A stretch of 64,000 nucleotides of DNA, taken from assembly GCF_036365525.1 (NCBI RefSeq), contig NC_090404.1:8432001-8496000 (forward strand). The letters run 5' to 3'. This document shows positions 25,080-39,544 of the stretch, in pieces (the stretch's first letter is position 1; every line of letters begins with the position of its first letter). The notes below the pieces were generated by a model, which had not been told where the DNA came from, made no database searches, and saw only the letters and a program-made list of their open reading frames with translations. A program made the translations under genes and the position numbers. This stretch comes from Heterodontus francisci (lineage: Eukaryota).

Positions 25080-27660
25080 ATAATAGAACATAGAACATAG
25101 AACATTACAGCGCAGTACAGGCCCTTCAGCCCTCGATGTTGCGCCGACCTGTGAAACCATCTGACCTACACTATTCCATTTTCATCCATATGTCTATCCA
25201 ATGACCACTTAAATGCCCTTAAAGTTGGCGAGTCTACTACTGTTGCAGGCAGGGCGTTCCACGCCCCTACTACTCTCTGTGTAAAGAAACTACCTCTGAC
25301 ATCTGTCCTATATCTATCACCCCTCAACTTAAAGCTATGTCCCCTCGTGTTTGCCATCACCATCCGAGGAAAAAGGCTCTCACTATCCACCCTGTCCAAC
25401 CCTCTGATTATCTTATATGTCTCTATTAAGTCACCTCCCCTCCTCCTTCTCTCCAACGAAAACAACCTCAAGTCCCTCAGCCTTTCCTCGTAAGACCTTC
25501 CCTCCATACCAGGCAACATCCTAGGAAATCTCCTCTGCACCTTTTCCAAAGCTTCCACATCCTTCCTATAATGCGGTGAGCAGAACTGCACGCAATACTC
25601 CAGGTGCGGCCGCACCAGAGTTCTGTACAGCTGCAGCATGACCTCGTGGCTCCGAAACTCGATCCCCCTACTAATAAAAGCTAACACACCATATGCCTTC
25701 TTAACGGCTCTATTAAACTGGGTGGCAACTTTCAGGGATTTATGTACCTGGACACCAAGATCTCTCTGCTCATCTACCCTACCAAGAATCTTCCCATTAG
25801 CCCAGTATTCTGCAATCCTGTTACTCCTTCCGAAGTGAATCACCTCACACTTTTCCGCATTAAACTCCATTTGCCATCTCGCAGCCCAGCTCTGCAGCCT
25901 ATCTATGTCCCTCTGTAACCTACAACATCCTTCGGCACTATCCACAACTCCACCGACCTTCGTGTCATCCGCAAATTTACTAACCCACCCTTCTACACCC
26001 TCATCCAGGTCATTTATAAAAATGACAAACAGCAGTGGCCCCAAAACAGATCCTTGCGGTACACCACTAGAAACTATTCTCCAGGATGAACATTTACCAT
26101 CAACCACCACCCTCTGTCTTCTTTCAGCTAGCCAATTTCTGATCCAAAACACTAATTCACCTTCAATCCCATACTTCTGTATTTTCTGCAATAGCCTATC
26201 GTGGGGAATTTTAGCAAACGCCTTACTGAAATCCATATAGACCACATCCACGGCTTTACCCTCATCCACCTGTTTGGTCACCTTGTCAAAAAACGCAATA
26301 AGGTTTGTTAGGCACGACCTACCCTTCACAAAACCGTGCTGACTATCTCTAATGAACTTATTCTTTTCAAGATGATTATAAATCCTATCTCTTATAACCT
26401 TTTCCAACATTTTACCCACAACCGAAGTAAGGCTCACAGGTCTATAATTACCAGGGCTGTCTCGACTCCCCTTCTTGAACAAGGGGACAACATTTGCTAT
26501 CCTCCAGTGTTCTGGCACTATTCCTGTCGACAATGACGACATAAAAATCAAGGACAAAGGCTCTGCAATCTCCTCCCTGGCTTCCCAGAGAATCCTAGGA
26601 TAAATCCCATCTGGCCCAGGGGACTTATCTATTTTCACACTTTCCAAAATTGCTAACACCTCCTCCTTGTGAACCTCAATCCCATTTAGCCTAGTCGTCT
26701 GTATCTCAGTATTCTCCTCGACAACATTTTCTTTCTCCACTGTAAATACTGACGAAAAATATTCATTTAACACTTCCCCTATCTCCTCCGATTCCACACA
26801 CAACTTCCCACTACTATCCTTGATTGGCCCTAACCTATCTCTAGTCATTCTTTTATTCCTGATATACCTATAGAAAGCCTTCGGGTTTTCTTTGATCCTA
26901 TCCGCCAATGACTTCTCGTGTCCTCTCCTTGCTCTTCTTATCTCTCCCTTTAGATCCTTCCTGGCTAGCTTGTAACTCTCAAGCGCCCTAACTGAGCCTT
27001 CACATCTCATCCTAACATAAGCCTTCTTCTTCCTCTTGACAAGCTCTTCAACTTCTTTAGTAAACCACGGCTCCCTCGCTCGACAACTTCCTCCCTGCCT
27101 GACAGGTACATACTTATCAAGGACATGCAGTAGCTGCTCCTTGAATAAGCTCGACATTTCGATTGTGCCCATCCCCTGCAGTTTCCTTCCCCATCCTACG
27201 CATCCTAAATCTTGCCTAATCGCATCATAATTTCCTTTCCCCCAGCTATAATTCTTGCCCTGCGGTATATGCCTGTCCCTGCCCATCGCTAAGGTAACCC
27301 TAACCGAATTGTGATCACTATCACCAAAGTGCTCACCAACTTCTAAATCTAACACCTGGCCGGGTTCATTACCCAGTACCAAATCCAATGTGGCATCGCC
27401 CCTGGTTGGCCTGTCTACATACTGTGTCAGAAAACCCTCCTGCACACACTGGACAAAAACAGACCCATCTAAAGTACTCGAACTATAGTATTTCCAGTCA
27501 ATATTTGGAAAGTTAAAGTCCCCCATAACCACGACCGTGTTACTCTCGCTCCTGTCAAGAATCATCTTTGCTATCCTTTCCTCTACATCTCTGGAACTAT
27601 TTGGAGGTCTATAGAAAACTCCCAACAGGGTGACCTCTCCTCTCCTGTTTCTAACGTCGG
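25080..27660 (-). mobile_element. Young CR1 LINE (5'-truncated ORF2, 819 aa open)
   Basis: Endonuclease tail (VMGDFN, SDHN) plus a complete RT; (tagaaca)n tail. Confidence 0.95.
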
Positions 27661-27975
27661 CAGGAGGAGCAAGTAGGCAGGGAAATGGTAGAGAAAAACA
27701 AAAATGGAGTCAAGGCTTCACACATTGAATATAAAGTTCATTTTTCATATAAATGTGCGTTGTAATCACAAAGTATTATAACTATATAAGGGGACATTGG
27801 CCGTTGCTGTTAAATGTTGTGTTTTATTGCAATTTGCAGAATGTTACTGCGACTCTCACAGAGGAGGCTGAATTCTTGCTTCTGTTTAGCGGCGTGAGGG
27901 TGCCCTGTGGTGAGCTCTAACTGGATCTCTCAGTGTGGGTTTTTGCCCGAAATCCGATTATCCTCTACACCGGTG

Positions 27976-28539
27976 TCAGGCTCATGGCACAGAAATACAC
28001 GGCGTTGTTAGAGATCAAGGCGTTGTGGATCGTTAGCTGCGTAATCTTGACAGTTTTACTCAAGGTAAAAGAGAATTGGTCAGTGAAGCCGGGGTTCCGG
28101 TTTGTTATCCCTCCATAGAGATCACACACGTGTTGTGGAGGCTGCCCGGGGTGCTGACTGTGCCAGAATAGAAGTGCTGGTTTTCAAGGTACAGGCTAGT
28201 GTGACATTGCTTTCCTCTTCAATCATCACTTCAGAAACCGGCTGTTTCATTGTGTCTTGGTGGCTCCATTCGAAAATACAAAATATGGTAACAATCACAA
28301 TGAGCATCAACATCATATGGATCAATATAACCATCAAAATCACCATCACTATCATTTTACCTGAAATAACAACTCTGCTACAGTGGACAAAGAGTTGGTG
28401 GTGGGGGGTGGGGGGGGGGGGGGTGGGGGGGGGTGGTGGTGGTGGGGAATTGGTGGGGAGGGAATGGGTTTTTACTGGGAAGGAAATACTTACTGAGATG
28501 TGCTGTAATAATGAGAAGTGGTGTGAGACGGTTCCACAT
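27976..28539 (-). pseudogene. TCR V pseudogene (inverted paralog of the 20749/11187 family)
   Basis: Leader 28539-28494; acceptor mutated to CG (28271-28272); frameshift after KTSTS; degenerate heptamer CACCGGT; CTCF-like site at 27899-27913. Confidence 0.88.
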
Positions 28540-29669
28540 GATGGTCCCGGAGTCTGTAACTCTGCAACCAGAGAAATGCTCTGCTGGAGCAGAAATACAG
28601 ATCCCGGCCCCACTTCACTGCCGATCTAACTAATACCAAACAAGGAACAGCGGCAGCAATCTCTCCACTAAAACAGAGCCGGAAATGCAGGTCAGAGAGG
28701 GAACAGCAAGCTGAAGCTGTGGGCCGGGTTGCTGCAAACTCAAGTTTGAGTTCACTCAACATTCTGTGCAAATGCTGAAATTGCGCGGTGATGCTCACAT
28801 GAACTCGGTGTTGATGGAGTGGAAAGAGAGATGGTTGGTGTCAGAATTCTGCTGCCTGGCTGCTCCTGCTCACTGTTCAAGTGACTGGGAACAAATAACT
28901 TGCGAGAGAAATGAAGGGACTCGAAGTATATGATCATACAGCACTGAATGATGCCGTCTCTTTGAAAAAGCCATCACTTTAATCTTACTCTCCACGTTCT
29001 TTCGACACAGCCCTGCATTTTCCCCGTTCAGGTACATACACAGTTCTGTTTTGAAAATTACTATTGAATCTGCTTCCTCCTCTTTTTCAGGCTGTGCATT
29101 CCAAATATTGACAATCGCACTGTTAAAAAAACAAATCTCCTCTCCCTTGTCTTTTTGTCAGTTCCCTTAAATCTGGGCCAATGGAATATCAAACTTCCAG
29201 CTGTTGGGAACAATAATGCGCGATATACTCTATCAAAACCCCATGGAATTTTCAACCTCACTATTAAATTTTCCTTAATCTTTGATATACCGGCAATAAT
29301 TGCAGCTTTCAATTTTTTCTATTTTAAACCTCTCCAAAGTCCCACATTCTTCTACAATCCTAGTACATCCCTCTACACCCTCTTCCAAGTCTTGTCATCC
29401 TTTCTACATAGAATTGGACTCAATACACTAGCTGCTGCGTAATCAGTTTATCATAAGTTTTTGCCACAACTGTCTTCTGAAACAACATCAAAACTAATGA
29501 CAGGGTCTATTTATCTCCAATTTATATTTCTGGAATACAACATCTGACTTTTGTGTTTTCATATATAACAATCAGAAATGTTCATCTTAGGGCCAGCTGG
29601 GTAGATGGGAGGTTATACACACCCAAATTCAGACCGATCCTGTTTAACTTCCTGTTCTTTGTTCCTCTA

Positions 29670-29790
29670 TGGACTATGTGCCGATCCAGCAACTCAGTGT
29701 CTGGTGATATTAACCTTTGCAGAAGGGAGTCTGGTGCAGTTTGGTTGCAAATATACAGCTCCTGATATTGACTACATGCAATTGTAACTG
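29670..29790 (+). pseudogene. 5' V fragment (paralog of 16805-17098)
   Basis: GLCADPATQCLVILTFAEGSLVQFGCKYTAPDIDYMQL*. Confidence 0.65.
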
Positions 29791-30922
29791 CGGAAGGTCC
29801 CAAAGAGTTTAATGTGGCCGATTTGTGCACAGAAACATAGACAATCAGGAAAAGGGGTTCGATTCCTGTTCATGTATTTTGGTTGATCTTGGTTGAAGGG
29901 AGGAATGTTGAGGAGGACACAGTGTGGGACACTGGGAGCTTTAATGTCGACCTAAACAGACAAGGGTGGGGGAGAGATTATTGGCCCCTGTTGTCGCCTG
30001 AAAGATAGATCCTTTTCAGCACTGCACAGATTGGAAACCTGGTTAATATGCCCAGGATCTGAAGTTGAGGTGGAATCCACAGTCTCCTGATTCTGAAATA
30101 GGAGTCAAATCACTTTATTCAAGCTGCTGTTGAATGGCTTAATGCATTCAGGTGACATTTTATATCGACAGTTTTATCACGACTTTGGTTAATACCGTTG
30201 CTGTTAAACATTCATAGGCTAATACCACAAATATCAACCTCAAGAGGACAATGATGAAACGCTTGATTCATACAATTGAAATTCATAGAGACAAAGAATA
30301 TGGCTGCATGGAAGGAGGCCATTCAATCCGTCGTCTTGGCTCTTTCTAAGAGATAGTTCAAATCTCCTGGTCTTTCTTCAAATCCCTGCCAATCTTCTCT
30401 TTATAGTATATATCAAATTATCTTTTGAAAGTTTTGATTGAATCTGTTTCTACCACCCTTTCAGGTAATTTATTCCAACTCATATAAATTCACTGCATAA
30501 ACAATCTCCTCCCACTCCCACTCCTTCACCAGTTATCTTCAACCAATCCTCTCGTTACCGACACTCCTGACAATGGAAACAGTATCTCACTACAAACACT
30601 ACCAAAACACTTCTTAATTGTGAACACGGCTATTAAATCTGCTTATAAACCCCCCTGCTCTAAGGAGAACAACAAAACCTTCTCTAATCTCAATCGCCAT
30701 TCACTGACACCAATCCCGGAAAAGATATCACTGGACGCACACACTCAGCATTTATAAACATTTAAGGGAACAATCCAATTTAATTACCAGCAACTGTGGG
30801 GTAGACGGTGCGAGGCGGAACTGTGATGTTTAACGGGAGATTAACTCCGCGTTGTCATTTGTTTCTGTGATAATCTGCAGTGAGAGTTTTTGTACGGCGG
30901 GAAGCCGAGGTCCATCACTGTG

Positions 30923-31401
30923 TGTTGTACCTGTACTCAGCTTCACAGTAATAGGTGGCGCTGTCTTCAACTTTCACATCCTGAATTTCCAGCGGAAATG
31001 TCTTTTCTGCCCGATTCATCGACACATGAAATGGGCCTCCGCTGGAGAGCCGCTCCCGTTCTGTCCCGGTCTGGGTTTTTCTGAAGAAACGTCCATCTTG
31101 GAAAGGATAATCTCAGTTAGCACCATCGTAAACACAGGTGATGGTGAGAGACTGACACTCCTTCCTGGTCACCGCTGCCGGGGTCTGTGTCACTGACTGA
31201 CTGAAAGAGCCTGGAAATTAAACAGAGAGAGTTGAATAGGCCATCAGAGCCGAACCACACAACGAGGCTAAAGCCCCAGACAGTGCCTGCAATTCGGATG
31301 GACTCAGGCAGCTTTATATTAAATCCACACAATGTCGGTGTGTTTGATCGGTACTCACGGTATAAACAGACACACAGGGTGAAAACAAGGAGGATTCCCA
31401 T
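30923..31401 (-). pseudogene. Second NAR-TCR V, pseudogene, orphaned from D/J
   Basis: Leader 31401-31359 and exon 31210-30923 closely match the 7837-8302 gene. In-frame TGA at 31113-31115 (Trp in the paralog). Intact RSS: 30916-30922, 22 bp, ACAAAAACT 30885-30893. Confidence 0.92.
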
Positions 31402-31829
31402 CGTTCTGCTGCCTGGAGCTGATGGTTTATATGACGGGGAGCTGGAGACTGCAGCCCTGGACTGCACTGGGAGACTTGACCTCAGAGCTGGACTGAAATA
31501 GAGTTGATTTGCAGAGGGCAGTGTCCCGGAGATCATTGATGGGCCGCACGGGTCCCGGGTCTCTGACTAATTGTTGTGTAAATAAACGACAGGTTTAAAG
31601 AGGGAACCTGCAGTTTTCTGTCGCTTCATTGGGTCTGTGAGGCCGATGTGAAACCCCCTCCCACATTATTCTGATGTACAGGGCGGGGGGGGGGGGGGGA
31701 CTGGGGAAGTTGTTCTGTCAGTAGAGGCTGCCGCCCTCCTTTCCCCCACAGTAATGAGCTGGGAGGTCGCTCCATGTGCTTTTATTGGGTGGTGTTTGTT
31801 GAGGGTGCAATATGGTCCCAGGACACACA

Positions 31830-33070
31830 GATTAGAATCCTAGAATCATAGACACGTTATGGCACAGAAGGAGGCCAATCAGCCCACCGTGTTTGAGACG
31901 GCAGATATAAATAGCCGTCCAATCTAATCCCACCTTCCAGCACCTGGCCTCTCGCCTTTCAGGTGACAGCATTTCAGGTGCATGGTCCGTTACCTTTTAA
32001 AAGAGTTGAGGGTTTCTGCCTCCACCACCGATCTGGGCAGTGAATTCGAGACACCCAGCACCCACCGGGTGAAAACGTTTTTCTTCATGTCCCCTCTAAT
32101 CCTTCTACCAATCACATTAAATCTGTGCCGCGTCATAATTGACCGCTTTGCTAGGAAAAATAGGTCCTTCCTGTTTTCTTCATCTAGGCACCTTTTAGTT
32201 TTGTACACTTCAATTAAGTCACCGCTCAGCCTCCTCTGTTCCAAGGAAAACCCAGCTGGTCAAATCTTTCCACATAGCTGCAACTTTCAAGCCCTGGCAA
32301 CATTCTTGTAAATCTCCTCTGTACTCTCTCCAGAGTAATTATGTCCTCCTATAATGCGGTGACCAGAACAGTACGCAATACTCCAGTTCTGGCCTAAAGA
32401 GCATTTTATACAGTCCAACATTACATTCCTGCTTTTATATTCTATACCTTGGCCAATAAAGGACGCATTCCATATGCCTTCTTCACCACTCTATTTACCT
32501 GTCCTGCCAACTTCAGGGACCTGTGGACATGCACTCTCGTTTATTGTGTATTCCCTTGCTTTATTTTCCTTCCCAGATGCATTACCTCACACTTCTGCAG
32601 ATTGAATTCCATTTGCCACTTTTCCGCCCACTCAACCAAACCATTGATATCATTCTGGAGTCGACAGCTATTCTAGACCATCAACTACACAGCCAATTTT
32701 TGTGTCATCTGCAAAACTCCCAATCATGCCTTCCACATTTAAGTCCAAATCATTAATATATATCACAAGCAGCAAGGGACCCAACACTGAGCCCTGTAGA
32801 ACGCCACTGGAAATCGCTTTCCATTCACAAAAACATCCGTCGACCACTACACTTTGTTTCTTGTCACCGAGCCAATTTTGAATCCAACTTGCCACTTCCC
32901 CTGCATCCCATAGGCTTTCGATTTTCTGACCAGTCTGCCATGTGGGTCCTTGCCAAATGCCTCACTAAAATCTATGTGGACCACATCCACTGCACTACCC
33001 TCATCAATCCTTCTTGTTGCTTCCACAAAAAATTCAATCCTGTTAGGAAGACATGACTTTCCCTGAACAT
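31830..33070 (-). mobile_element. Decayed CR1 LINE 3' part
   Basis: [15 protein letters not shown] and KNVFTRWV fragments. Confidence 0.85.
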
Positions 33071-33349
33071 AACCGTAAGTCTGCACTGTCATCAAGGAAT
33101 ATTATTTCTAATATATTAATATTGCTCAGACTACTGCACAGTCCAATTTTAAGAGATGACAGATCCTTGGACATAATCGAAAGGAGAATAATGATTGAAA
33201 TTATTTCAATCCCAACTTCAAAGAGGATTTCAAGGCCTCGGAGATGTCGCAGAGGGGAATTAATAGAACTGCACCAGGGATTTTGGGCTTCAGTTCTGCG
33301 GAGAAGTTAGAGAAGTTAAGTTCTGCTTAAAGCAGAGAGATTTAAAGAG

Positions 33350-36300
33350 TGGTTAAAAAAAACTAATAAAGAGAGAAAAGATTGATTATGAGAGTAAATT
33401 GGCAAGAACTATAAAAACAAACAGTAAGAGCTTCTATGGGTATATTAAAAGGAAGAGAGTAGCTAAAGTGAGTGTGGAATCCTCAGAGGATGAGACTTGG
33501 GAATTAATAACAGGGAATAGGGAAATGACAGACAATTTAAACCAATATTTTGCATAAGTCTTCACGGTGGAGGACACTATAAACATCCCAACAATAATAG
33601 ATGAACAAGGTGTAAGTGGGAGGGAGGAACTTGGAACAATCTCTATCATGAGGGAAAAGGTGATGGACAAACTGATGGAACTAAAAGCAGACAAGTCGCC
33701 TGGACCTGATGGCCTGCATCCAAGGGTTTTAAAAGAAGTGGCTGCAGAGATCGTGGAGGCATTGGTCATAATATACCAAAACTCACTGGATTCCAGTAGT
33801 GTACCCAGCGGATTGGAAAACCACTAATGTGACACCACTACTCAAGAAAGGAGAGAGACAGAAAGCAGGGTACTATAGTCTAGTTAGCTTAACATCTGTC
33901 ATTGGGAAAATGCGAGAGTCCATTATTAAGGAAGAAATAGCAGGACATTTAGAAACATATAATGCAATCAAACTGAGTCAACATGTTTTATGAAAGGGAA
34001 ATCATGTTTGACAAATTTGTTAGAGTTCTTTGAGGATATAACAAACAGAGTGGATAAAGGTGAACCAGTAGATGGTGAGTATTTGGATTTTCAGATTTTG
34101 ATGAGGTACCACATAAAAGGTGATTACAAAAAATAGGAGCTCCGGGTTTTGGGGGTAATGTGTTGGCATGGATTGAGGATTGGCTAACATACAGAAGGCA
34201 GAGAGTCGGGATCAATGGGCCTTTTCAGGTTGGAAAGCTGTAACTAGTGGGGTGCCACAAGGATCGGTCCTAGGGCATCAACTATTTACTATCTATATTA
34301 ATGACTTGGAGTAAGGGACAGAGTGTAGAGTATCCAAATTTGCTGATGATACAAATATAAGTGGGAAGGCAAGTTGTGATGAGGACACAAAGAATCTACA
34401 AAGGGATATAGATAGGTTAAGTGAGTGGGCAAAAACTTGGCAGATGGAGTTCAATGTGGGAAAGTGTGGGGTCATCCACTTTGGTAGGAAGAATAAAAAG
34501 GCAGATTATTATTTAGATGGAGAAAGACTACAAAAAAAGTGCTGTACAGAGGGGTCTGCGTGTTCTTGTGCACGAAACACAAAGGTTAGCATGCAGGTGC
34601 AGAAGGTAATCAGGAAGGCAAATGGGATTTTGGCTTTTATTGCTAGGGGGTTAGAGGTTAAAAGCAGGGAAGTCTTATTACATATGTACAGGGTGTTGTT
34701 GAAGCCACACCTGGAGGATTGCGCACAGTTTTGGTCCCCGTATTTAAAGAAGGATATACTAGCATTGGAGGCAGTTCAGAAAAGATTCACTGGGCTGATT
34801 CCTGGGATGAAGTGGTTGTCTTATCAAGAACGGCTAAAAAGGTTAGACCTCTATTCATTGGAATTTAGAAGAGTGAGAGGTGATCTTATTGAAACATGTA
34901 AGGAGCAAGAGGGTAACTAGAGAAAGGATTGGCCCACTCAAGGACAAAGGAGGAAAGTTATGCGTGGAGTCAGAGAAAATGGGTGAGATTCTAAACGAGT
35001 ACTTTGCATCGGTATTCACCGAGGAGAGGGACATGACAGATGTTGAGGTTAGGGACAGATGTTTGATTACTCTAGGTCAAGTCGGCATAAGGAGGGAGGA
35101 AGTGTTGGGTATTCTAAAAGGCATTAAGGTGGACAAGTCCCCAGGTCCGGATGGGATCTATCCCAGGTTACTGTGGGAAGCGAGAGAGGAAATTGTTGGG
35201 GCCTTAACAGATATCTTTGCAACATCCTTAAACACGGGTGAGGTCCCGGAGGACTGGAGAATTGCTAATGTTGTCCCCTTGCTTAAGAAGGGTAGCAGGG
35301 AAAATCCAGGTAATTACAGACCGGTGAGCCTGACGTCAGTGGTAGGGAAGCTGCTGGAGAAGATACTGAGGGATAGGATCGATTCCCATCTGGAAGAAAA
35401 TGGGCTTATCAGTGATAGGCAACATGGTTTTGTGCAGGGAAGGTCATGTCTTACCAACTTAATAGAATTCTTTGAGGAAGTGACAAAGTTGATTGATGAG
35501 GGAAGGGCTGTAGATGTCATATACATGGACTTCAGTAAGGCGTTTGATAAGGTTCCCCATGGTAGGCTGATGGAGAAAGTGAAGGTGCATGGGGTCCAAG
35601 GTGTAATAGCTAGATGGATAAAGAACTGGCTGGGCAACAGGAGACAGAGAGTAGCAGTGGAAGGGAGTTTCTCAAAATGGAGACGTGTGACCAGTGGTGT
35701 TCCACAGGGATCCGTGCTGGGACCACTGTTGTTTGTGATATACATAAATGATTTGGAGGAAAGTATAGGTGGTCTGATTAGCAAGTTTGCAGACGTCACT
35801 AAGATTGGTGGAGTAGCAGATAGTGAAGGGTCTGTCAGAGAATACAGCAGAATATAGATAGACTGCAGAAATGGGCAGAGAAATGGCAGATGGAGTTCAA
35901 TCAGGGCAAATGCGAGGTGATGCATTTTGGAAGATCCAATTCAAGAGTGAACTATGCAGTAAATGGAAAAGTCCTAGGGAACATTGATGTACAGAGAGAA
36001 TTGGGTGTTCAGGTCCATTGTTCCCTGAAGGTGGCAACGCAGGTCAATAGAGTGGTCAAGAAGGCATACGGCATGCTTTCCTTCATCGGACGGGGTATTG
36101 AGTACAAGAGTTGGCAGGTCATGTTACAGTTGTATAGGACTTTGGTTCAGCCACATTTGGAATACTGCGTGCAGTTCTGGTCGCCACATTACCAAAAGGA
36201 TGTGGATGCTTTGGAGAGGGTGCAGAGGAGGTTCACCAGGATGTTGCCTGGTATGGAGGGCGCTAGATATGAAGAGAGGTTGAGTAGATTAGGATTATTT

Positions 36301-37110
36301 TCATTAGAAAGACGGAGGTTGAGGGGGGACCTGATTGAGGTGTACAAAATCATGAGAGGTATAGACAGGGTGGATAGCAAGAAGCTTTTTCCCAGAGTGG
36401 GGGATTCAATTACAAGGGGACACGAGTTCAAAGTGAAAGGGGAAAAGTTTAGGGGGGATATGCGTGGAAAGTTCTTTACACAGAGGGTGGTGGGTGCATG
36501 GAACGCATTACCAGCGGAGGTGGTAGACGCAGGCACGATAGCGTCTTTTAAGATGTATCTAGACAGATACATGAATGGGCAGGAAGTAAAGAGATACAGA
36601 CCCTTAGAAAATAGGCGACAGGTTTAGATAGAGGGTTTGGATCGGCGTAGGCTTGGGGTGCCGAAGGGCCTGTTCCTGTGCTGTAATTTTCTTTGTTCTT
36701 TGTTCTCTTTATGTAAGATTCTAAGGGGGCTCGACAGGGTAGATTTTGAGAATATGTTTCCACTCGTGGGGGAATCTCGAACTAGTGGACATAGTTACAC
36801 AATAAGGGGTCAAGCATTTAAAACTGCGATGCGAATGAATTTCTTCTCTCAATGGGGTGGTGAATTTCTGGAATTCTCTACCTCAAAGAGTTGTGGAAGC
36901 GAGGTCACTAATTGTATTTTAGGAGGAGGTAGATAAGGAGGTAAGGAGGAGGAGTTTTGAAGTCTCGGGGAGTCGAGGGTTATGCGGAGCAGGCCCGAAA
37001 GAGGAGTTGAGGCCTGATAGAGATCAGCCATGATCTTATTGAATGGTGGGACAGGCTCGAGGGGCAAATAGCCTACTCCTGCTCCTACTTCGTGTGTTCT
37101 TGTGCTCTTG
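33350..37110 (+). mobile_element. CR1 LINE interrupted by a younger nested CR1 (34903-36710)
   Basis: Two sets of RT motifs. ATGTAAG TSD at 34896-34902 and 36711-36717 splits the host at ...DLIETC|KILRGLDRV. Confidence 0.9.
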
Positions 37111-38429
37111 TTAGTACACGTCATGGTTTATGAAGAGTTTTAATAGTGTTGATTGTGAGATACTATTTCCACTGTTAGAAATGTGGGCAACCAGATGACA
37201 CAGAATTAAGATAATTGGTAAAGGAAGAAGGAAAGAGATGAGGAGTTTTTTATGCAGCGAGTTATTGTGAGTTGGAATGAAGTACCCAAAAGGGCGGTGG
37301 AAACAGATTTCAAAATTGAATTGGATTATTACTTGAAAAGGAAAAATTTTCAGAGCTTTGGAGAAAGACCCGGAGTGTGGAACTGATTCTTTCAAGGAGC
37401 CACCACGATGGGCATTCTGTGTTGACAGATTCCAAGATTCAATGAATTGCAATTGTATCAATCAACAGTTTTAAAATTGTACTCCTGAAGTTGATATCTG
37501 TGATGTTAGTGTATGAAAGCTTAACAGCAACGGTATTAACCATTGTGATAATACTGTAGATATAAAATGTCACCTTAGTTGATTAAACATTTTAATAGCA
37601 ATTTGACCAAAGCAACTAGATTCTGACTTCAGATCAGTAGAATCTGGGTTTAAGCTCCGCTTCAGAACCTGAGCATATTAACGAGGCATCAATTGATGCA
37701 GTGCTGAAAAGACACTATCTTTCCAGGGTCAATCTGACCCAATAATGTCTCCCCATCTATCTACACGGATCGAGCGGGGGAGTAGGACTGACTGAATAGC
37801 TCTGTGGAGAGCCAGCATGGATTTAATGGGCTGAATGGCCTCCTTCTGTGCTGTAAATGACTCTTTTATTCTATGACTCTCTGTCTGTTGAGGAGAAGAT
37901 TGAAACTCCCATGGTTCCACACTGTGTCCTGGTCAACATTTTTTCTTTAACCGAGATCAACACAAATACATTCACAGAAATTGAGCCACTTTGCTCTATT
38001 TTTGATATTTCTGCGCACAAATCAGCCACGTTCATCTGAAACTATTTGCACTTTAAATACTTTGGGATATCCCACAGAAGGATGGTACATCAATGCAAGT
38101 AGTATTACTGTACTTCGTCTTACCTTTATCTGTTTCCCTCTATTGGTGTCTCTTTGTATCACTATATTCCGTCTCACCTTTAACTATCTACCTCTGTTGG
38201 TGTTTCTTTGTGTCGCTGCGCTGAGTCTCATTTTTATCTATCTCTCTCTGTGTTTGTCTCCGTGTTATCACTATACTCAGTCTCATCTTTATCTATCTCC
38301 CTCTGTTGGTGTCTCTCTGTATTACACATTTTATTCAGTTTCACCTTCATCTCTGTTCCTCAGTTAACAGTTCTCATAAAGTGTACAGACAGACACAGAA
38401 TCAATGGAGCAAGGACTCACTCAGTTCCA

Positions 38430-39010
38430 CAGCTCCATTGATCAAATCTTTAACCATTGAGAGCAGACAGGCACTGAGCTGATGCACTGTGGGTGAGTGG
38501 GGGTGGGACTCACTCATCCTTCTGCACAGGAATGTTGCTCAGGTATTCAATCAGAGATAGGATAGGCCCACTGAGGAAATTCTCACTCACTTCCGCATGC
38601 AAAAGTATCAGATCAATAATCATTGAGACCAGGCAGGCACTGAGTTGATCCACTGCCCCGAGCCTCACTCATCTGCACAGGAACACTGATCAAATCCTTA
38701 AAGATTGAGAGCAGACATGCACTGAGCTGATGCACAGAGACGGCAGCATTCAACCACCTGCACAGATACATTGCTCGTATCATTAACCAGCAAGTATAGA
38801 GAGACAGTGAGCAGATCTACTGTGGGGGACCTCAGTCATCTGCACAGTTACATTGTTAAGATTTTTAACCATTGAATACAGATAGCATCTATGTTGATGC
38901 AGAGGGGGCTTTAATCACCTGCATAGTTACGTTGCTTTGACGTTAAACATGGAGTGCTTCCAAGGATAAGACCTTTCTACCGTTGGGGCCTCACTCACCT
39001 CTACTAGTCT
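38430..39010. repeat. Diverged ~70-80 bp minisatellite
   Basis: Recurring gagcagacaggcactgagctgat...cactcatctgcacag...attgctc units. Confidence 0.7.
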
Positions 39011-39544
39011 TTTGCTCATATCCACCTTTCATTTTACCATTTCATGGTTTGAACTCGCTGTTTAATTTTCTGCTCCTTGTCTAGAGCTTTTTTAACCTCT
39101 TTTTATCCCCATATTTCTGTTTTTTCCCCCTATTGCTCGGTTTCCCCATTCCCAGAAATCCATTCACAACCCCCAAGTACTGCTATTAGTATAAACATAT
39201 GGGAACAATAATTTCAAAGAGATGTTGAAAAAACAGACTAGTAACAGAAAAAAAAGCAAAGAATGGGTTAAAATAAAACAAGTATTTGTATGAAATAGGA
39301 CAATGCAAGTGACTGAATGAAAAGAAGATCTAATAAATGTCCCTGTGCAGATGAGTACGAGTTTCCTCGGTGGATCGGCTCAGTGCGTGTCTATGCTCAA
39401 TTGTCAAAAGATGCTCCCCACATCGCAGCTTTAGACTCAGTTCCCAGCGGCAGAGGTGTACAAAGGCCCAGGAAGGAACTATTCAGGAGACTGGCACAGG
39501 GCAGAACTCACCGCCCGGCCCATCACCACCAGCACCGCTACCAC

